This document shows positions 51,601 through 54,648 of a DNA stretch of 54,648 nucleotides, in pieces. This DNA is from Welwitschia mirabilis (Eukaryota), in the NCBI GenBank assembly GCA_051453625.1, contig JBOZIK010000001.1, positions 22,194,226 to 22,248,873 of the forward strand. The letters run 5' to 3'. Position numbers and translations under genes: made by a program. How positions within the stretch are numbered: position 1 is the first letter of the stretch; each line of letters opens with the position of its first letter. The notes under the pieces were generated by a model. That model was given only the letters and a program-made list of their open reading frames with translations, did not search any database and had not been told where the DNA came from.

Positions 51601-54600
51601 TTCAATGCTAAGAAGTTTTCATCGTAACATGGTAGTTCATAATATCAGCATATCAAGAGCGGGATGAGTAGAAGAAATGATGTAAAGTTATTTAAAAACA
51701 AATAATTATTCATCTAGAAAGGATTCGTTTATGGGAAGTTCATCATGAGAGTAAGATAGTTGAGATAGGTGATCTGCAATACAATTATGTTTTCTAGCCT
51801 TATCGATGATAGTAAGATTGAATTCTTGCATGAGAAGGGTCCACCTAATAAGTTTAGCACTAGAATATTTCTTAGTCATAAGATAGCGTATAACTGCATG
51901 ATCTGTGTAAACATTCATGTGAAACCAAGAAGATAATGTCAAAGATGATCAAGGTAAAAGATGATGGCTAGCATCTCTCTCTTAGTAATAGTGTAGTTGA
52001 ATTGGTCTTTAAATAAAGTCTTACTAATATAGGATATGATTTTAAAACCATTTTCATATTTTTGGTCAAGAACCCAACCCATAACAATGTTGCTTGCATC
52101 ACACATGAGTTTAGAATCTTTAGTCCAATTGGAACTCATGACAATAGGTTTACAAGAAATATTTTTCTTAAGTGTATTAAATGCAAGTTGACATGAATTA
52201 TTCCAATTAAATTTCACATCTTTTTCAAGTAATGAGTGAAGGGGTTTACAAATTTGGGCATAATCATGAATAAAACAACAATAGAAACCAATATGACCAA
52301 GAAATGATCTAACTTGTTTAACATTAGTTGGAGGGCTAAGGTTTTTAATGATATCAACTTTTATAGGGTCCATCTTAATCCATTCCTTTGAAATGTAGTG
52401 ACCTAAAACAATTCCATGGTTGACAAGGAGGAAACTCTTTTTCCAAATGAAATGTAGGCCACTCTCTATACATTGATCCAAGACTTTCTCTAATGTTTCA
52501 ATGGTTTGTTTAAAGGTTTTACTAAAGATGGAGAAGTCATACATAAATATTTCAATAGAATCCTTTATCATATCAGAAAAGATATCCATCATTGCTCATT
52601 GAAAAGTTCTAGGGGCATTGTAAAGTCCAAAGGACATTTATCTAAACGCAAAGGTTCCAAAGGGTGATGTAAAGGTTGTTTTGGCTTGGTCTTTACTTAT
52701 TATGCACATTTGATTATAGTCACTATACCCATCAAGAAAACAATAGTAGGCATGTACTTAGATTCTATCAAATACTTAATGAAGAAAGGGTAAGGGCAAT
52801 GATCCTTTTTAGTGATTTCATTAAGTTTCTTAAAATCATTGCACATTCTTCATTGTTTTCCTTTTTTGGGAACTACTGTTAAAGGGCTAACCCACTCACT
52901 ATTGGATATAGCATATATGATCCCAGAATCCATAAGTTTAATAATTTCATCTTTAATTATTTTCTTAAGGGATGAGTTAAGCCTTATTTGGGGTTGCTTA
53001 ATAGGTTTAGTATTTTATTCAAGGTAAATCGTATGTTAGAATAGGAAAAAAGAAATGGCAGTTAAGTCTTTATGAGTTTAAGCAAAGGCATCTTCTTTAG
53101 AAGTTAAGAGTGAGAACAAAATGAATTCTTATTGAGAAGTCAGAAGATCACTTATTATTAAGGATTTCATTTGATTATCAAATAGAAAAATATATTTTAA
53201 ACCTTGGGGTAGTTTCTTTAGTTCTAGGTTAAGGTTTTCAGCTATCGTCCTGTCTGTCATGGGAATGATATACATGGGATGACACTCTATAAAAAGATTT
53301 TCTATCAAGTGAACATGTTGAGTTTCTTCCCAATCAATGTATTCTTCATTTCTAGACTCAAGATAGTGTGTTTTAGTTAGGTCATCATATAAAATTGGTT
53401 CATGTAACATGATCAATCTCTCCTCAACTGGTTAATGTTGTAAAAATAAGGTTGGTTTCAATTCTTCTTCTAAGTTAAACTCATCTTCTATGTTCTTTTC
53501 AATAGCATCAAATACTCAAACTTTTTATTGCCAAAATGACATCCCAACNNNNNNNNNNNNNNNNNNNNNNNNNNNNNNNNNNNNNNNNNNNNNNNNNNNN
53601 NNNNNNNNNNNNNNNNNNNNNNNNNNNNNNNNNNNNNNNNNNNNNNNNTATCCTCAAGGTAAATTTTGTGTTGGACTATGGAAAGAGGGATGGCATCTAA
53701 GTCTTTATGGGTCTAAGCAAAGTCATCTTATTCAGAAGTTAAAAGTGAGATCAAGTTGGTCTCTTGTTGAGGAGTTAGAAAGTCACTATATCAAGGATTT
53801 ATTTAGATTATTAGATAATAAAATGTATTTTAGATCTTTAGGAAACTTCTTTAGTTCTAGCTTAGATTTTTTTAGTTGTTGTCCCATCTATCATGGGGAC
53901 ACTAGATGTGGAATGACACTTTGTAAAAGGAATTCATATCAAGTGAACATGATGTGTTTCCTCCTAGTCGATGTATTCTTCATTCTGAAGCTCAAAATAG
54001 TGTATCTTAGTTGGTTCATTATACAAGTTGGTTCTTATAGCATTATTAATCTCTCCTCAATTAGCCAATGTTGTAAAAACAATGTTGGTTTAAGTTCTTC
54101 TTCTAAGTTAAACTCATCTCCTAGGTCCTTTTTAGTGGCATCAAAAACTCGAATTATAAACTTCTTATTTTCTATATGACATTATATCATTTCAGTTCGT
54201 ATATCAATGATACAGTGGGTAGTTACACAAAAATCTCTTTCTAAGAGTAGTGGATAAACTCCACATGTTCTACCTCAATGATAACCACATATATGGGATA
54301 AAAAGATTCTTCAATTTGGATTACTAGGTCCTTGGTAATCCCTAATGGTTTCTTAATTAAAGTATCGGCTAATTTCAAAATAATTCATGTTGGTTCTCTT
54401 CTATTTTCTAATCTAAGTCTTTTATATATGTGAAGAGACTTGATGTTTACACTAGCTTCTATGTCAATTAAAGTTTTTTTTATTTTATTTTCAAGGTGAC
54501 ACTCACAATTGCTGCTCCAGGATCTTTAAATTTAGTACACTTTTTCATGACTAAGTTGGAAATAGATTGAGAAAGAAAAACCTGCTAAAAATAGTGTGTT

Positions 54601-54648
54601 TTTATTTTCTTCTGACTAGGTCTTCATACAACTTAGAATATTTAGGAT
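45621..54648 (-). mobile_element. Degenerate Athila-like Ty3/gypsy internal region (protease, RT, RNase H, integrase, long 3' non-coding region)
   Basis: Protease KFKDPG and LIDIEASVNI (about 54535-54445). RT/RH ORFs at 51939-52592 (IEIFMYDFSIF, VRSFLGHIGFY, LMCDAS, NYTITKREMLA) and 51706-51942 (VYTDHA, LIRWTLLMQEF, IADHLS). Integrase fragments at 49576-51570. The element continues beyond the window. Confidence 0.88.
47348..48343 (-). mobile_element. Sirevirus-like LTR (partial, runs into gap) nested in the gypsy element
   Basis: The reverse complement of 47348-47390 is cctattcaccccactcctctagggtttttgattctatCA, the same C-rich LTR-end signal seen at 32351. Repeated cagtcgac/cagttgac motifs occur at 48140-48290. 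Confidence 0.7.

Overview
Draft-assembly plant nuclear DNA: AT-rich, spliceosomal introns, several N gaps. It holds one intact gene, an 18-exon ARM-repeat/HECT E3 ubiquitin ligase of the UPL3/UPL4 (TRIP12/Ufd4) class on the + strand (5482-13054, about 1753 aa by my manual splice). Upstream lie a tandemly duplicated promoter block and a LINE ORF1 remnant. The rest (about 15-54.6 kb) is mostly decayed retroelements: LINE fragments, a Sirevirus-like Ty1/copia with an extra ORF and LTR, a second Sirevirus-like LTR, and Athila-like and Tekay-like Ty3/gypsy remnants. Two non-TE islands sit inside this zone. One is a 5'-truncated, intronless strictosidine-synthase-like (SSL3-type) pseudogene at 35978-36639 (-), which the ORF track misses. 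The other is a CpG-retaining, G-box-rich island at 42.9-44.2 kb with a fold-back and a miR390-like site. I cannot demonstrate a novel system from sequence alone. The best leads are the uORF/overlapping-ORF cassette at the UPL start codon, the inactivated splice-donor copies in intron 1, the duplicated and decaying promoter, and the possible ncRNA island. All calls come from manual reading and recalled family motifs, not database searches.
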